Under the pieces are notes generated by a model, which saw only the letters and a list, made by a program, of their open reading frames with translations, did no database searches and was not told the origin of the DNA. From Marsupella aquatica (taxonomy: Eukaryota > Plantae > Marchantiophyta), in the NCBI GenBank assembly GCA_973895155.1, contig OZ316897.1, positions 16,846,058-16,910,057 on the forward strand: 64,000 nt of DNA, written 5' to 3'. Positions within the stretch are counted from its first letter, which is position 1; every line of letters begins with the position of its first letter. This document shows positions 44,601 through 57,674 of this stretch, one piece after another. The position numbers were made by a program, and so were the translations under genes.

Positions 44601-46775
44601 CTATCTTGATCGTGACGTTGCAATTCTGGAACGAATTGTTAGCCAAGCTGTTGGCAATGGAGACGGTCGATGCATCTCCTTTCAGATACTTGGCTATTCC
44701 CTAATTTGACAGACTTCCCTTGTCCCAATCAATCGAATCAAAATCATTCAGGAAGGCTTTGCTCTTCTCAAGAATATCACTGTCTTGCCACCAACACATC
44801 ACCTTTCCGATCACTGATGTTCTGTGCCAAAGACAAGTACACTTAGTCAATACCTGAACCACGAGCCATACATTACATAAAGGACAGAACTGAACAGTAA
44901 ATCTAAAACATAGTTGTACTTGTTCAGCTCTGGGAGCTAATGCCAACTGCAAGGCACGTTTTTCCCACACCCTCTCAACTAGAGGTGTCACAGCATTGGA
45001 GTTTCCTGTGGATTCGGCAGCCATCTCAGTCGTCCTCCAAATGAGAGGAACCATTGTATTCGGAACTGACAAAGAGCCAGTAGGTCTCGCACCCTCTCCA
45101 ATATTCAAACATGATGTCAATGGATTCAAACTCGCCGAAGACCCCACAACCTGCTCCTCTACAAATTTCTTGGACACTTCAAGCAAGGCAGACTCGGAAC
45201 TCAACATGGGATTTGACGCAACAAGAGTGGCAGCTTCCATCTTTATTGCTTTAGTTCGAGTATGATGCTTTAGTTTTTAGTATGATGCAAATGTTAAAAT
45301 CTCTATCAACCACATTCCCTTCTCCTTTCAGAGCCCTCATCTCACTTGCATGTCTAATAACATGGTTGTAAGCATTCATCAGGCCCATCTGCTGAATGCT
45401 GGCCATCAAGTTTCACAACTCGAGGAAAAACATTACTCAGAAGCTCAGCTAACATCACCAAAGACAGATCTCCAAGTGGAATACTCATATCCTACTGTAA
45501 TGCCTCCCGCAGTAGATTAGCTTGATTTGTAGCCCACCGACCATTGTGCTCAGAGCCCCACTTCTCCTTCCCTTTCCCTGCATCAGACAACAACGGGTCA
45601 ACGACAACTCTAAATCCTTGAACCTATACTTTGACCTGCATTGGCTCCCTAGGCGGCACAGCATTTGCCTCACTATGAGGCACGATTGCATCACATGAGG
45701 TCACGAGCATACTGTCGAGAAGGCTTCAGGTTGCGACTTACCATCCTCTATGAGAAGCACAAAAAGACATTGAGAAGCTCCTGGAGATATGGAAGCCGGC
45801 TATGAACAAGAAGCACCATCAGACGATTCAATCTTCTACAAGAACCAGCACACAGGTACAAGAAGCATTGATAAGGTATCTGGCTGGATGCATATGCCCT
45901 AGTCCCAATCCTGTATTGCATTCAATGTCTATGTTCAAAGGCTTGCTCGCATGAACAAGAGGTCCTGAGCGTGAACAGTTTTCGAGCGATTGCTTGGCTG
46001 AAAATTTGCGCTTGCCTTGTGACTGCAAAATGTTTGAACTGAAGGAGCGTCCATTTCCAGATTCATTGGCTGCAAACTCAAATGTGGGCGTGCATGGATA
46101 ATATGTGATACACTCTGAGTGATCCCTGACTGGAAGCATTGCCTGCAAGAGGATGTATGATTATTTCCCCAAGAGACCTTTGCATGGATTGAGCTGTTAG
46201 TTCTGATTCAAGTTCAGTTCTCAGTATGTGTTTCCTTTATTAATCTCGTACACCCCTGGACGCCATTGCCAGTGAAAATCTGAATTCACAATTCACATGA
46301 AATTACCCATTTTCTTTCTTAGGGTTTGTTTATAAAATGTCCAATTCTGGAAGGAAGCCCTCCACAAGGACATTTTTCCGAGCCATGAAATGGACCTAAA
46401 GTGCCACTGTGCACCTTTCCAATCACTCTCCCAGCACCACTCCTTGAAATTATCCAATTCATTTGTTAGCCGACCCACAACCTCTCACACTGCTGAAATC
46501 CGCAGCCAACTCTCATATACCTAAACAACACAGCACTTCATCGCAACCTCCCAAATACTAATGTGCAATGCATATGCACTGGGTTAGTAAGTACTAATTA
46601 ATAGCAGTGACCCTGTTTGAAGATGCAAGGGTGACATGTTATGGAGCACATTAAGAGATGTGTGATGCCTAGACAGGAATCACTCGGCCGGTTAAGTGGG
46701 TAAAGCAGGAAGGCACCCTAGGAACACCTTAGTATAGTGACAAAACAAGGAAAATATAAACAATTAGGGGCAACC

Positions 46776-49700
46776 ATGGAACCCGGGCAGAGGCCGGAGG
46801 TAAGGCTGAGGGTGAAAACCCGATTAGGGTTAGGGCGCGTTAAGCGTCGGCGGCTAGGAAGGATCAACGGGAAGAAGGACCAGCAGAGGAGAGGGGTAAG
46901 GAGCGCTTGCAGGAGATGGTGGCTCATTTGCGAGCACGAACTAGGCAGACGACTACGGGAGGCCAACTACTGTCAGCTGCTTAGGCAAGCACTCGGGGAG
47001 AGAGTAGATACCGACGATCAACCTAAGGAGGGTATGAGCAACGTCAATCAAGCGGCACATTTCTGGGGATGCCTGTTCGAACGGGCAACTGAGTACATCA
47101 AGACTTACGAGGACGAGGAGTCAGAAAGGGCAGCTCGAGAACGGCAGGAGCTCGCTCGATTGTGGGAGCTGCAGAAGACGGCTTTCTTAGGAGGCGAACT
47201 CATCAAGGACGAGTTCCTGTGGACGCCTACTTCCAATCAACTCGACGATCTTCTGTTTTGCAAAGACAGCGTCGTCGGCATCCGAGAGGCCATCAAGAAC
47301 TGCAATGACATACACTGGGAATTAAAGGGTAGCACGGAAAGGTGGACCCGGGCAACGGTGCTAGGAGAAACCTCCACGGCAGCAGAGATGAAGAGGAAGG
47401 GAGCCGTCAATGATGAAGCCACCCCGGCAAAAAGAACGAGGTCGGCGGCACCAAAGAAGCCAGCCGAGCAGCAGAGCAGGAGGCAGGGAGAAGCCGAAGA
47501 GGAGGAGGTCGATCCCATCAAGGCCATTCCAACCAGGGATGACACCTGGAAGGGCTGGGCGGCAACCCTACCGGTGGAGGTGCAACTACATTTTGCACGG
47601 GAGGAGGATGCATGCTTTACGGCCATGCAGACCAAGAAGTACCAAGGCTTCATGGCCGGATCCGGCTTGGAGGCCTTTGTAAGATTACCATGGCTGAAGC
47701 CGGAGGTACCGGAGTCAGACCTATTAGAATTCGTGGGGTCATGGGAACCCGAGACCAATTGCACGAGGATATATGGGAAGGATTTCTATCTTACTCCCAA
47801 GGTGATTGCCGAAGTGTTTGGCTTGCCGATGGGCAATAAGACCAAAGTTGATACCAGGAAGACCTTGCCTGACAAGGAGTTCCGGTCGTTCCCCGGGCCA
47901 TCAACGAAGAATGGCTTCTTCCGGAACACCTGCACCAACCCGCACATAGGAGAGATGATCGACTTCTTGCGGGTGACCATGCATTGTAACTTGCCGAGGG
48001 CAGAGATCGGCAAGGCACAGGTCTATCTGGCAGAAAGGCCAGACCCAAGCCGGGACTACAACGGGTACCTCCTCAACCAATTGAAGAAGATCTTAAAGGA
48101 GGAGCAGCAGGTAATCGGCATGGGGAGCGTGTCGCGGCTTGGCTATCACATGCCGCTGTTGTGCCGGTATGCCAGAGGTCAGACTTTTGCCCCGGTACTT
48201 CCCCTGCAGGTAAGGGCACCCGAGGAAGCTCCAACGCCGAGGCCGTTGGCTGAGAAGCCTCAACCACCTGTTAGTCCTACGATCGAGCAGGTGTTTAGGC
48301 CCAGGAAGGAAGACTTGCCGATGCAGCAACCAGGCATGCAGAGTCTGCTGAAACTACTGGAGAAAGAAAAGAAATCGGCATCGGCAACAACAACAACAAC
48401 AACAACAACGGCAACGGCAACAATGCAGGACACTACTACAGAGGTAGGCCTACACCGGCTCACAAGAGAAAACCCCTTTGCTGGAGACAAGGAGAGAATC
48501 AGGCCGGAATCCAAGCCAGGTGTTCGAATGTACGTGGGAACCTCAAGCTCCGAATCTGAGGCAGAATTGCCTGAAGCTCCTACCGAGGAAGAGGAGAGGG
48601 AGAAGCCGGAAATCCAAGAGGTAGAGGAGGCAGTGGAGGACTGCAGCCATGATAATTCCGGCTATGGGTCGGACCATTACGTTCCAGGAGTAAGGACCTG
48701 TGGCCGGTTTGTCCCCACACTTCCAAGGGTAGTGCGAGGGGACCCCAACCAGCAGAGTAGCCCTGAGTCTCCCCCACCAGATGTTGCTCCCCCGAGCTTC
48801 GACGGCATAAAACAGACGGTGCAGGAATTTCAGGAGCGAATCAAGCAAGAGGAAGAGGCCGCCCTGGCTAAGGAAAAGGATTTACCAGGAGGAGATTGGC
48901 CGGAGGACATCAGGCGGCTAGCCGAAAAAGGAAGCAAACCTCTAGCCACGATTGAAGAGATCCGCAGGACGGCTTGGGAGCAGAGGCCACGATGGGCGAT
49001 GCCGATCACTTCTACTTACTCCACCTACGCTAAGAATAGAGCCATGGAGTATGGTGAGATGTGTGGGGAACTTGCGCTCGGCATCTTTGGAGAGGAGTTG
49101 GAGGTAGGACCCTTTTTCCATAGGGAGCAGTTGGAGAAGCACCAATTAGAAGAAGCGGTGGCTTTAGAGAGAAGCAAGAAGGACGAGGTCATTCGGCGGC
49201 TTAGGAGGATGGAAGCCGAGATTGAAGATCTAAGGGCGGCCAAGAAAGCCCAAGATGAACTGCGGATTAAACGACATGAGCTGAACATCATGCAGGGGCA
49301 GTTGGACGCCGCGCAGGCTGATAATCAGAATATCAAGGATAAACTGACTTAGACGCAGGAAGAGTTGGCCGACACGATCAAAGAAAGGGAAAAGTGGAAG
49401 CAAGAGCTGAAGAATACAGAGGAGGCCCACATAACAGCCAACAGCCGGGCCATGGCAGAGACCCAAAGAAAGGAATGGGCGTTGAAAGGGGAGCTCGAGA
49501 AAATCCGCGGAGCCCTTGAGCAGAAGGAGGTCGAGTTAGGGAAATCCTATCAAGGGATTATGGCGCTGCAGCAGGAGCTTGCGTCCCTGACGGCCAGCTT
49601 CAAGGCCGACCTAAGGGAGAAGGACGAGATGCTCGAACAGACTTACGCCAAGATGAACCAGATGGAGTCTGTCATCATTGCAGAGCTCGACAAGGAGCTA

Positions 49701-50462
49701 AGAGCAACCCAGGAGGAGAAGGCTACCTTGAAGAAGGAATTGGAGGAAGCCCACAGGGAGCAGGAGGAGGCCAAAAACGAGCTGGAGGGGGCACGTAAGG
49801 ACCTGGATGAAACCCAAGAGGAGTTGGAGGAAATCACGAGGAAGATGGAGAACCTACAGCGGCGGGCCGACAACCAAACAGAGCGGCTGAAGAAACAAGC
49901 CGCAGTATTTAAATGCTTAGCTGCAGCAGGTCCATCTCCCGTTGGGACAAACCAGTTACCAGGGGTGGTAATTGCCGAAGGACAAGCCGCGCCACCTGCA
50001 CCAGTGCCGGAAGTAAGTGGGAAGGGGAAGGGACCAGCTGCCGAGCCACCAACGAAGAAGAAGCGGAAACCTTCAGGGTCAAGGAGTAATACGACTTCAC
50101 AAGCCGTGGTGATCAAGGAGGTAGACCCAGCACCGACCCCAGACAGGGTCACGGCTAAGGATCCAACTACCCTAGGGGAAGGGGAAGCCGAAGCCGTGGG
50201 GTTGGCTGAAGCCGAAGCCGTGGGAGTGGCTGAAGCCGAAGCCGTGGGGTTGGCTAAAGCCGAAGCCGTGGGGGTGGCTGAGGCCGAAGCCGTGGGTATT
50301 GCCGAGGCCGGTGTCGAGGCTGAAGCCGAAGGTGGACCCAGTCAGGCCGATGGAGAGTTGACTCGGTCAAGGGCAGGTAATCTGTCAGTAGGCGGGCCAA
50401 CGGCAGTGGCTGAGGAGGAAGTGTTGGGGGCGTCCATTGAGGATCCACCACCGGTGTCGTGA
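46776..50462 (+). pseudogene. ~1230-codon accessory protein (plant-transposon-type domain + coiled coil) with one in-frame TAG at 49350
   Basis: The 871-aa and 365-aa ORFs are in frame across ACT-TAG-ACG. Motifs GLEAFVRLPW and LTPKVIAEVFGLP; long heptad region. Confidence 0.8.
50187..50306 (+). repeat. 24-bp coding tandem repeat x5
   Basis: AEAVG(L/V/I)A(E/K) five times. Confidence 0.9.
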
Positions 50463-53377
50463 CGGTGCAAGGGCGCCGTTCCTTTTAGGGAGGGCGGACG
50501 TGGAGGGAGGAGGCGTGAGTGGGCAGGGCGGGCACGGATCTCCACGTTTAGGATTAGGATCAGAACCAGGAGCGGCCCTGACACTTAGCTTAGTGGGATT
50601 GCGGTCCCACTGGTAGGAGCAACACTTGTGCTCCTGCCTTGCTGTACATAGGTAGATTCGGGCAAGTAGATTACTGTTAAGTAGATTAGGCTTACGATGC
50701 AAAGAATGGCGGATCCACTACCAGGATAAGTACCTGGGCAGCGGGGAGCTCAGGGCCTCTTCTTTAGCAAGTTTTTAGTTTGCACCAGCCGGGCTGGGAT
50801 CAAGTAGTACGAGAAGCTCTCGGTTAGTCATACAGTGACCCTTGTGTATATTCATGTTTCCTCATGCCTAAGAGCTGAATAGAGTTGGCCTCACGGCTTA
50901 GTTCGCAGAACTTGTGTATGAGATGTACTGTTTGTATGGCAAGTGCATGGTATGACTCAGTCCGAATGAGTCATTTTGCTATTTGTGTGTCGCATTAACT
51001 TGTGTGAAGAGTGCCCACATCAACAGAAGGAAGGAAAGTAAGCAGGGGAGTGAGAGTTGGATGTGTCGAGCTGAGAGAGGTCTTAGCGGCTTAACCAAGC
51101 CTATTGGGGATCATTCCGGCGGCGGAATCCAAACATACCTAACAAGACGGAGGGGAAGACAGGGGAAGACAGGGGAAGGCCTATATTAGGTCGGCTACGT
51201 ATCTCATGACCCGATGAAGGATCTGTCCAGTATATGTGTGTAAAATGTTAATAGTAGTAGTAGAAGGTTAGCAGCGTCCCATGCCGCTAAGCCGCGGAAA
51301 CGGCCTCGCCAAGCACGAAACCTGCGGGAATCGGCTTGAGCTGGGGGGTTTCTTGGGTTTAGGGAGCCATGGGACGCACCACAAGATGTTCATGTGCAAC
51401 TTACCCGGCAACTTACTACAGGTGTGTTCTTTGTTACTTGCATACACGTTTTCAGCTAAACCATAGTGGAATTACTTTACTCTGTCTCAAGTGAGGTCAA
51501 GATCAACTAATAGTGTTTGTAGCAAGGTTCACTGGCAATTGTAATGTGCATGCCTATTTATTATGGTAGCCAGAAATAGTCTGGTTGGCTTTTTCAGTAG
51601 TTTAGCTATGGTCCTCGATCCTGGTGCGTCACGGTCTAATTTTTGCAAAAATGGCACATCATGTGCCACTAAACATAAGTTCCTTTTATTGATTGTAAGG
51701 AAAATACTAACATTCTTTTATCTAGAATATTCCAAATTAATAGGAGTAAACTGATGTAAATATCTTCCTTCCCTAAAGTTTAGGACATATCTAACCCGGG
51801 AGTTAGCCTGAAAATATCACAGGTGATATATAGGGTCTTGGGGGTTTCACTTTCACAAAAATGGCACATCACGTGAGACGAAGGATAGGGTTTAGAATAC
51901 TTTGAAAATTTTGCAGAAAAATGTACAATAGAGTCTTTTAAATTCAAGTTTGATACTTATAAGAACATTAGAGTCTTTTAATAAATAAAAATTGGACATT
52001 CCAACTTTATAGGGGTTAAAAATAATTTTTCGCTTACATTTTAGGGGAGATGGTTTTTTTAAATAATTAAATCAAAATAACCCAACCCGCCCAAATGGTT
52101 TCAACGCCTACCAAGGCTTTGTGGAACATATGATAGGCGTTGATTATTGATCTTGTTATGGTGATGCTGCTTCTAGAAATGGACCCCAAAACTGCAAGAT
52201 GAGCACCCATTATCTGTGGATAAACAACAATGCTAGAAAAAAAATTGATTTTGACACTCTTAGCTAAGAGAAGATTTAACTCTTAGAGAAATAACTCTTC
52301 GCTTGGAATTGAAGGCCAAGTAATCATGAAGGCCATGTTCACACCAGAGTAAGTGCAAATTTTAGCCAAATTCCACCTCCCAAAAAATCTTTCGTCACTT
52401 TTAGCTAATATTGGCTACATTTTTCTGACACCATATATTAGCCACTCTTCTACCAAATCATGGACCCCAATAGCCAGAATCTAACGGTACTCCTTAAATC
52501 TAGGGATATCTGACGGTGACAATTTAATTGAGTAACATCTGACACAGAATATTTCTAGAATCTACTCCCTTAGAGAAGCAAACATTGGCCACACTGGCTA
52601 AAAATAAAAAACCTTTAAAAGTACACTGGTTCACACAGTACCCACAATTGACCATGAGAGACTAGAATTGCATCGTCTAGTGTCGCAGATCCTAAACGTT
52701 GCCAATAATAGTTGCATTGAGATTATTGGAACTTGATCAGTTTCCTTTCAAATTAGAAATTGGTAGCCTTACACACACCACGCAGTCAGGATCAAAGTCG
52801 AGGTAGCCATAAACTTTCAGATCCCTATGCTATATTCAGAGCCTTCTGTCCTGACCATTATTCAACTCGTGCGAGCTTGTGTATCGATTTCAGGGGTGGC
52901 CCGGCTACAATGAATAAATACTACTAATAACTGTCCAGAATATTTTAGCCTTGGAATTCATGCAATTCCATGTCATCAAGTGTGGAAAAGCTTGCAACCG
53001 TCCAAACGCACTCATGGAACAACTTCGTCTAACGATATTGCTTACTCGTAAATGTTAGGTGGAGGATGCGGCACAATGGTTTCTCGACAAAAGGAGTATA
53101 AAAATCATAAAGTTGCAAAATTGCTGCAGGTGTTGTAAGCACCCATATTGAAGCGAGCTGGCTTTTGTTCAGCAGGTGCCCAGATGCACCGTTCAAAATC
53201 TGGCTGCGCTCTGTGTTTGGCATGATTGATCCATTGCTCCTAGAAAGGCTTGCTAATTGCTAATCGTCGAGATCGTGAGTGGATTCCAAGACTACCTGAA
53301 TTCGGGATTTTGAACCAATGCCCTGCCGAGGGTGTAGAATTGGACGGGAGTAGAATTTATTCTTGTGGAAATATCTA

Positions 53378-54247
53378 TCAGAGCTTGAAACTGAATCCAC
53401 ATTTCATGCTTGTAATTTGCGATCCAGAAGTAACTCCCGGATCAATGGTTAGAGCACAGAGGAGTTGCACCTTCAGCTGGGGTGTCGCCCAGTGTCCGAT
53501 TCCAATACGAACTTTCACACCTACACTGAGATTCAAGGGCAGACTGCCTGAATTCAAAGCAGCAGCGAGAGCAACTTGATTAGCGCTGTTCAGTGTCAAT
53601 GGTCCAGACGTCATATTTCCATTGATGTAACTTGTGACGTTGTACCCGTCGTAGAACTTAGGGATGATTTGATTTCCGATCACCAGACTGAACAGTTTTA
53701 CGTTCAGGTTGATTTGGTCGTAATAAATTCCAATTCGCTTGTTGGGATTGGTCGTCTCCATGATGAAGACTGTTCGTGCATTTAAGATGACAGAGGTAGC
53801 GTTTCCGCTTGTGGCATTGGTAACACTGTAACTAAAATTTGCACTGTCCACATTGTACGTTGGTAATTTTGGATGGAGGATCTTCCATAGCGCCAAGATC
53901 ACCAGGCCAAGAGCCAATACGACGAGGATTATGATCATAAAGAGCCAATAACAACAGCGACAACAAGTGCACGGCCAGCAACATCTTGCGCAGCAGTCAT
54001 ACCCGCAGCAGACGCAGCATGTGCGGCATCTGCACAGGCAAGTCCATGTCCTAGTTGGAGTCCCGGTAGGAGTTTTTGGCTGTGCACCTCGTGCTGGGGT
54101 CTGAACCGGATTCCGTGAGAAAACTTGCCCAACAGGAAGCTGACCGACGATGTTCTGTTGGCTAGCGCTGGGCCGTGGAGAAGGCGGTCCTGTCCCGGTT
54201 ACACTCCAGAGCCCTGCGCCGGGATACTCGTCTCCCGGAGTTGTCAT
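53378..54247 (-). CDS. NDR1/HIN1-like (NHL) protein with an expanded Cys-rich juxtamembrane tract
   Basis: TM helix, LHPKLPTYNV, TTNPNKRIGIYYD, PKFYDG, C-terminal C..C. Confidence 0.92.
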   Translation of the reverse strand: MTTPGDEYPGAGLWSVTGTGPPSPRPSASQQNIVGQLPVGQVFSRNPVQTPARGAQPKTPTGTPTRTWTCLCRCRTCCVCCGYDCCARCCWPCTCCRCCYWLFMIIILVVLALGLVILALWKILHPKLPTYNVDSANFSYSVTNATSGNATSVILNARTVFIMETTNPNKRIGIYYDQINLNVKLFSLVIGNQIIPKFYDGYNVTSYINGNMTSGPLTLNSANQVALAAALNSGSLPLNLSVGVKVRIGIGHWATPQLKVQLLCALTIDPGVTSGSQITSMKCGFSFKL

Positions 54248-55162
54248 CTTACAAAAGATTGCGTTCTACGCATCTGTTCATTACTCAAAATCTCGTTTAA
54301 GATCTGTTTGATTATTGTTTGAAATTTATCTATAAATAGTACACCTGTTAAAGAAGGTATTTATCAATCGCTAACAGGATCAGCAACATAGTATGCAGGT
54401 TGCTGAAAAGTGCGGACGGGTTGCTGAAAAGTGCCGCCGTTTAGCTACTAGACAATTAAGGAGTCATCGAAAAGCACAAAGGCATACTTTACATGCTGCG
54501 CAAGTGTATTCGGTCAACCTACTTCTCCTCTCATTGTAGCAGATGCTTGTAGAACGCATTGTATGTGAAAACAGAATACATCTAAAAACTAGGAAAGGCC
54601 TATTTCACATTAACGCCCCCTCAAAACAGAACAATCTCACCAGGACAACAATATCAGAATCTGTCCCAGAAAAGAATACTTCGACAATTCTGAGAGTTCC
54701 ACTCTTTCAAGACCAAACAAAGATCGTGATCGAGGTTCAACGACACTTTTAGAATAACATACAAATCCTTTCGGTAGCGGAATCACGGAATAGTAAAACT
54801 TGTACACCAAGTAGGTCAATGCACTGCGAAACATTATTTTTAACTTTATGATGATTGTATCGTTCAGTCGATGAATGATTTTGATGGAATGATCCAATGT
54901 ATCTGTACATATACAGCCGAGCCGTTCCTTGTCAGCCGTTCGACATCGAAATGCGGTTGGCAGCAGATCTGTTAAAATCAGTTCGGCGAGGGTTCGGAGT
55001 TTCACGAACCCGAGCAATCTCTAGCCCTTCCTTCTTCTCATCAGAACGGACGTTACTGGTTGCTGGCCATAACTGTAAATCGCCTTGAATGTCATAATCG
55101 CTCTGCAGCGGGATGAAACCAATGCTAAACAGACGAGATGACTTTCTTTTCTACACCAAATC

Positions 55163-55849
55163 CTACCACTTAACCTTACAGCCACTGCTTTTTAGCTGTG
55201 ATCCTGTCTGTCGGGTCATATCGACATAGATGTTGCACTCCACTTTGATCTTGATCTTCCCCGTCTTGATTGCCCCCACCTTGATCTTGGCTTTCAAGTC
55301 CACCTGAGCATAGAAAGGCACGTTCTGCAGATCCTTGGTGAGAGCGGTAAGAGTTGCCGGGCTCACAACTACTCCTTCGGATATGATGTCCCCGCTGATT
55401 GAAGTGTCGTTCTTGTGGCCCTGGTAGAAGTCACCGATGGTCGTATTGCCAATGGCGTTACCGTTGGCCTCTACCTTAACGAAGATATCAGAGTAGTAGA
55501 ACCCAATTTTTTTGTTGGGGTTGGTCGCAGTGATTTTGTAACTGATGTTCGAGTTGATAGGAGAGCTTCCAGTGATATCGATATGCACAGTATTCACTTC
55601 GAACTTGGGAGCCTTCGGTTGGACAACGAGCCAGATTATCAAGACCGCGAGGCCTATCAAGAATACTAAGATCGTGAGAATACTACACAGCCACAACAAA
55701 CAGCAACAGCAGGGACTGCGACCTCTTCGACGTTCTCTGTATGTGGCAGGCGGCGGAATCGCATACTGATCCTTATCGTAGTAAGATCCGGGGGGAGCTG
55801 GCGCTGTCGGGAAGTTCCCTGAATCCGGAAAAATTCTGTCTGGCGCCAT
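55163..55849 (-). CDS. NDR1/HIN1-like (NHL) protein, LEA_2 domain
   Basis: CCCC plus TM helix, WLVVQPKAPKFEV, ATNPNKKIGFYYSD, DFYQGHKNDT; clear paralog of 40940-41620. Confidence 0.94.
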   Translation of the reverse strand: MAPDRIFPDSGNFPTAPAPPGSYYDKDQYAIPPPATYRERRRGRSPCCCCLLWLCSILTILVFLIGLAVLIIWLVVQPKAPKFEVNTVHIDITGSSPINSNISYKITATNPNKKIGFYYSDIFVKVEANGNAIGNTTIGDFYQGHKNDTSISGDIISEGVVVSPATLTALTKDLQNVPFYAQVDLKAKIKVGAIKTGKIKIKVECNIYVDMTRQTGSQLKSSGCKVKW

Positions 55850-56823
55850 GGTTTTTAGCTACCCTGCACTTCTAATCGCTTCAGTCTTCTAAGAAAAGAG
55901 AGTACCTAGAGTTCGAGAAGAGTATATCGACGGAGTCGTAAGTGTACAACAGCACTTTCACGTTGCGGTGCTGTGAAATGAAGTGGAGAAATGGGGGACA
56001 GAAAGATGGAGTTGGCGAGAGCGGATCCGCAATCATATGTACTCCAGCTGATGGGACAAGAAAAACGCACCACCCCCGAAGGCAATTGCTTTTGCCAGCG
56101 ACCGAGTCCGAGCTCTTCTTTTTCGTTTTGTTGTGCCGGGTCAACAGTCCAACACTACTGGCTTTAAGACCACAACACGCGTAGACTCTTGTCGTTGCGT
56201 GGTAACGAAGATGGATCCCTCCGTGTCTCGTTTGAGAAGGACGGTGCCGCTACCGGTGTGGAGAGCCTCGATGGGCTAGGTGGTTTGGTCAGGCTGTGAC
56301 ATTCAGAAGCATCTAAGAAGAACATCTGTCCAAAGGACAACTCGGGCTGACAATCTATTGTAATTTATTGTACTAGATGCCGAAAAGCATCGAGGCTTTG
56401 ACTGAGCTCTGTGCAAGTCCGTGCCCACTAAAGCATCTACTGTACTTACCCGCAGCATGGCCTGGTCAAGCAAAGTCATGCCGCCGTTCAAGTGATCTTT
56501 TGCCGGTGATTTTTCTAGTTCGATTGACAGCTCTAAGCGCACACTCCAGAGACCAATAACTGTTTAAGTGCATGGCATCTTGTTCTTCCCTTCTATTCTA
56601 TACCGAGGATGCACTTTTTATGCATCCTTTCTAAGCGCACACAAGCTAGGAACCAGTTTGCTAAACGGTAACTTTATAAGCGCGTACCCTCGATGAGTGT
56701 TTATCTGCACTGATTGCTATCTACCCTTGATAAGTGTTTATCTGCACTTATCGGTAACCAGACAATCCCATACAATTGCATTAATTTACTAACAAATGCA
56801 TGAGTTCAAATGCACTTAGGGTG

Positions 56824-57040
56824 TCTGGAACAGAATCTAGGGCAGGCATGTACAATTTGTGGTTATGAGGCACAATAGGGCAGACGGAGGGCCCATTGCT
56901 TTCAAGGTGATTCTGTGATGTATGCCCATTCTTAGTAGAGTTCAAATTCTGGAACAGAATTTAGGGCAGGATTTACAATTTGTGTGATGAGGCACAAGAC
57001 GGGAGGGAGGGCCAATTGCTTTCAAGGACTGATTGTGTGA
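56824..57040. repeat. Diverged ~124-bp tandem duplication
   Basis: TCTGGAACAGAAT(C/T)TAGGGCAGG...TGAGGCACAA...ATTGCTTTCAAGG twice. Confidence 0.8.
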
Positions 57041-57489
57041 TCTGGGTACATATAGCATTTACAATGTTTACATAGAGTTCTTGAGTCCCTAATGTTTTTC
57101 ATTGACTTTGTGGCTCAATCAGCTATCACCAACACAACTTGGTGTCAAATCCTGTCAGCCCTGGATACTTACACATTCTACAAAAGAATGTATAAATCAT
57201 GCACACTTCTTGATAAATGCACTTTGTTACTTTCTGTGTGCCTATCAAGGAACTGCCAGAGAGAGAGTTAACTGTACCCTTCTCTTGCCAGGTGGCTAGG
57301 ATTTGAGGGAAGCTCAGGTACGGCCCCCAAGAAAACTGAGGGAATTTAAAGCTATCTAGGATTTGAGGGAATTTTAAGCTGAAGCGGCCACGATTTGAGG
57401 GAGGGTACTTAGGGGTGGCTAGGTTTTGAAGATTGCTGCAGCGCGTGCAAAACCTATGACTCTTTGTTTTCCATTTAGAATCTACTAGC

Positions 57490-57674
57490 GCCCACTACCA
57501 GTTTTGTAAAAGTGAATAGAGCTGAGGAAAATAAAAATATCACCAAAATATATACCCGATTCACATTCTTTGAATGATAAAGCCCACTACCAGTTTTGTA
57601 AAAGTGAATAGAGCTGAGGAAAATAAAAATATCACCAAAATATATACCCGATTCACATTCTTTGAATGATAAAG
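57490..57674. repeat. 92-bp tandem duplication, apparently exact
   Basis: GCCCACTACCAGTTTTGTAAAAG...TGAATGATAAA at 57490 and 57582. Confidence 0.93.

Larger units (their letters stand above)
46661..51383 (+). mobile_element. 4723-bp TG..CA insertion with a 5-bp TSD (giant solo-LTR-like element) containing a long ORF
   Basis: AGATG at 46656-46660 and 51384-51388. Ends TGTGATGC / GCACCACA form an imperfect inverted repeat. No gag/pol and no internal LTR pair seen. Confidence 0.85.

Noticed and set aside
44300-46655. Degenerate minus-strand coding-like sequence including the 179-aa ORF
   Set aside because: No recognisable motifs; it cannot be assigned to a family.
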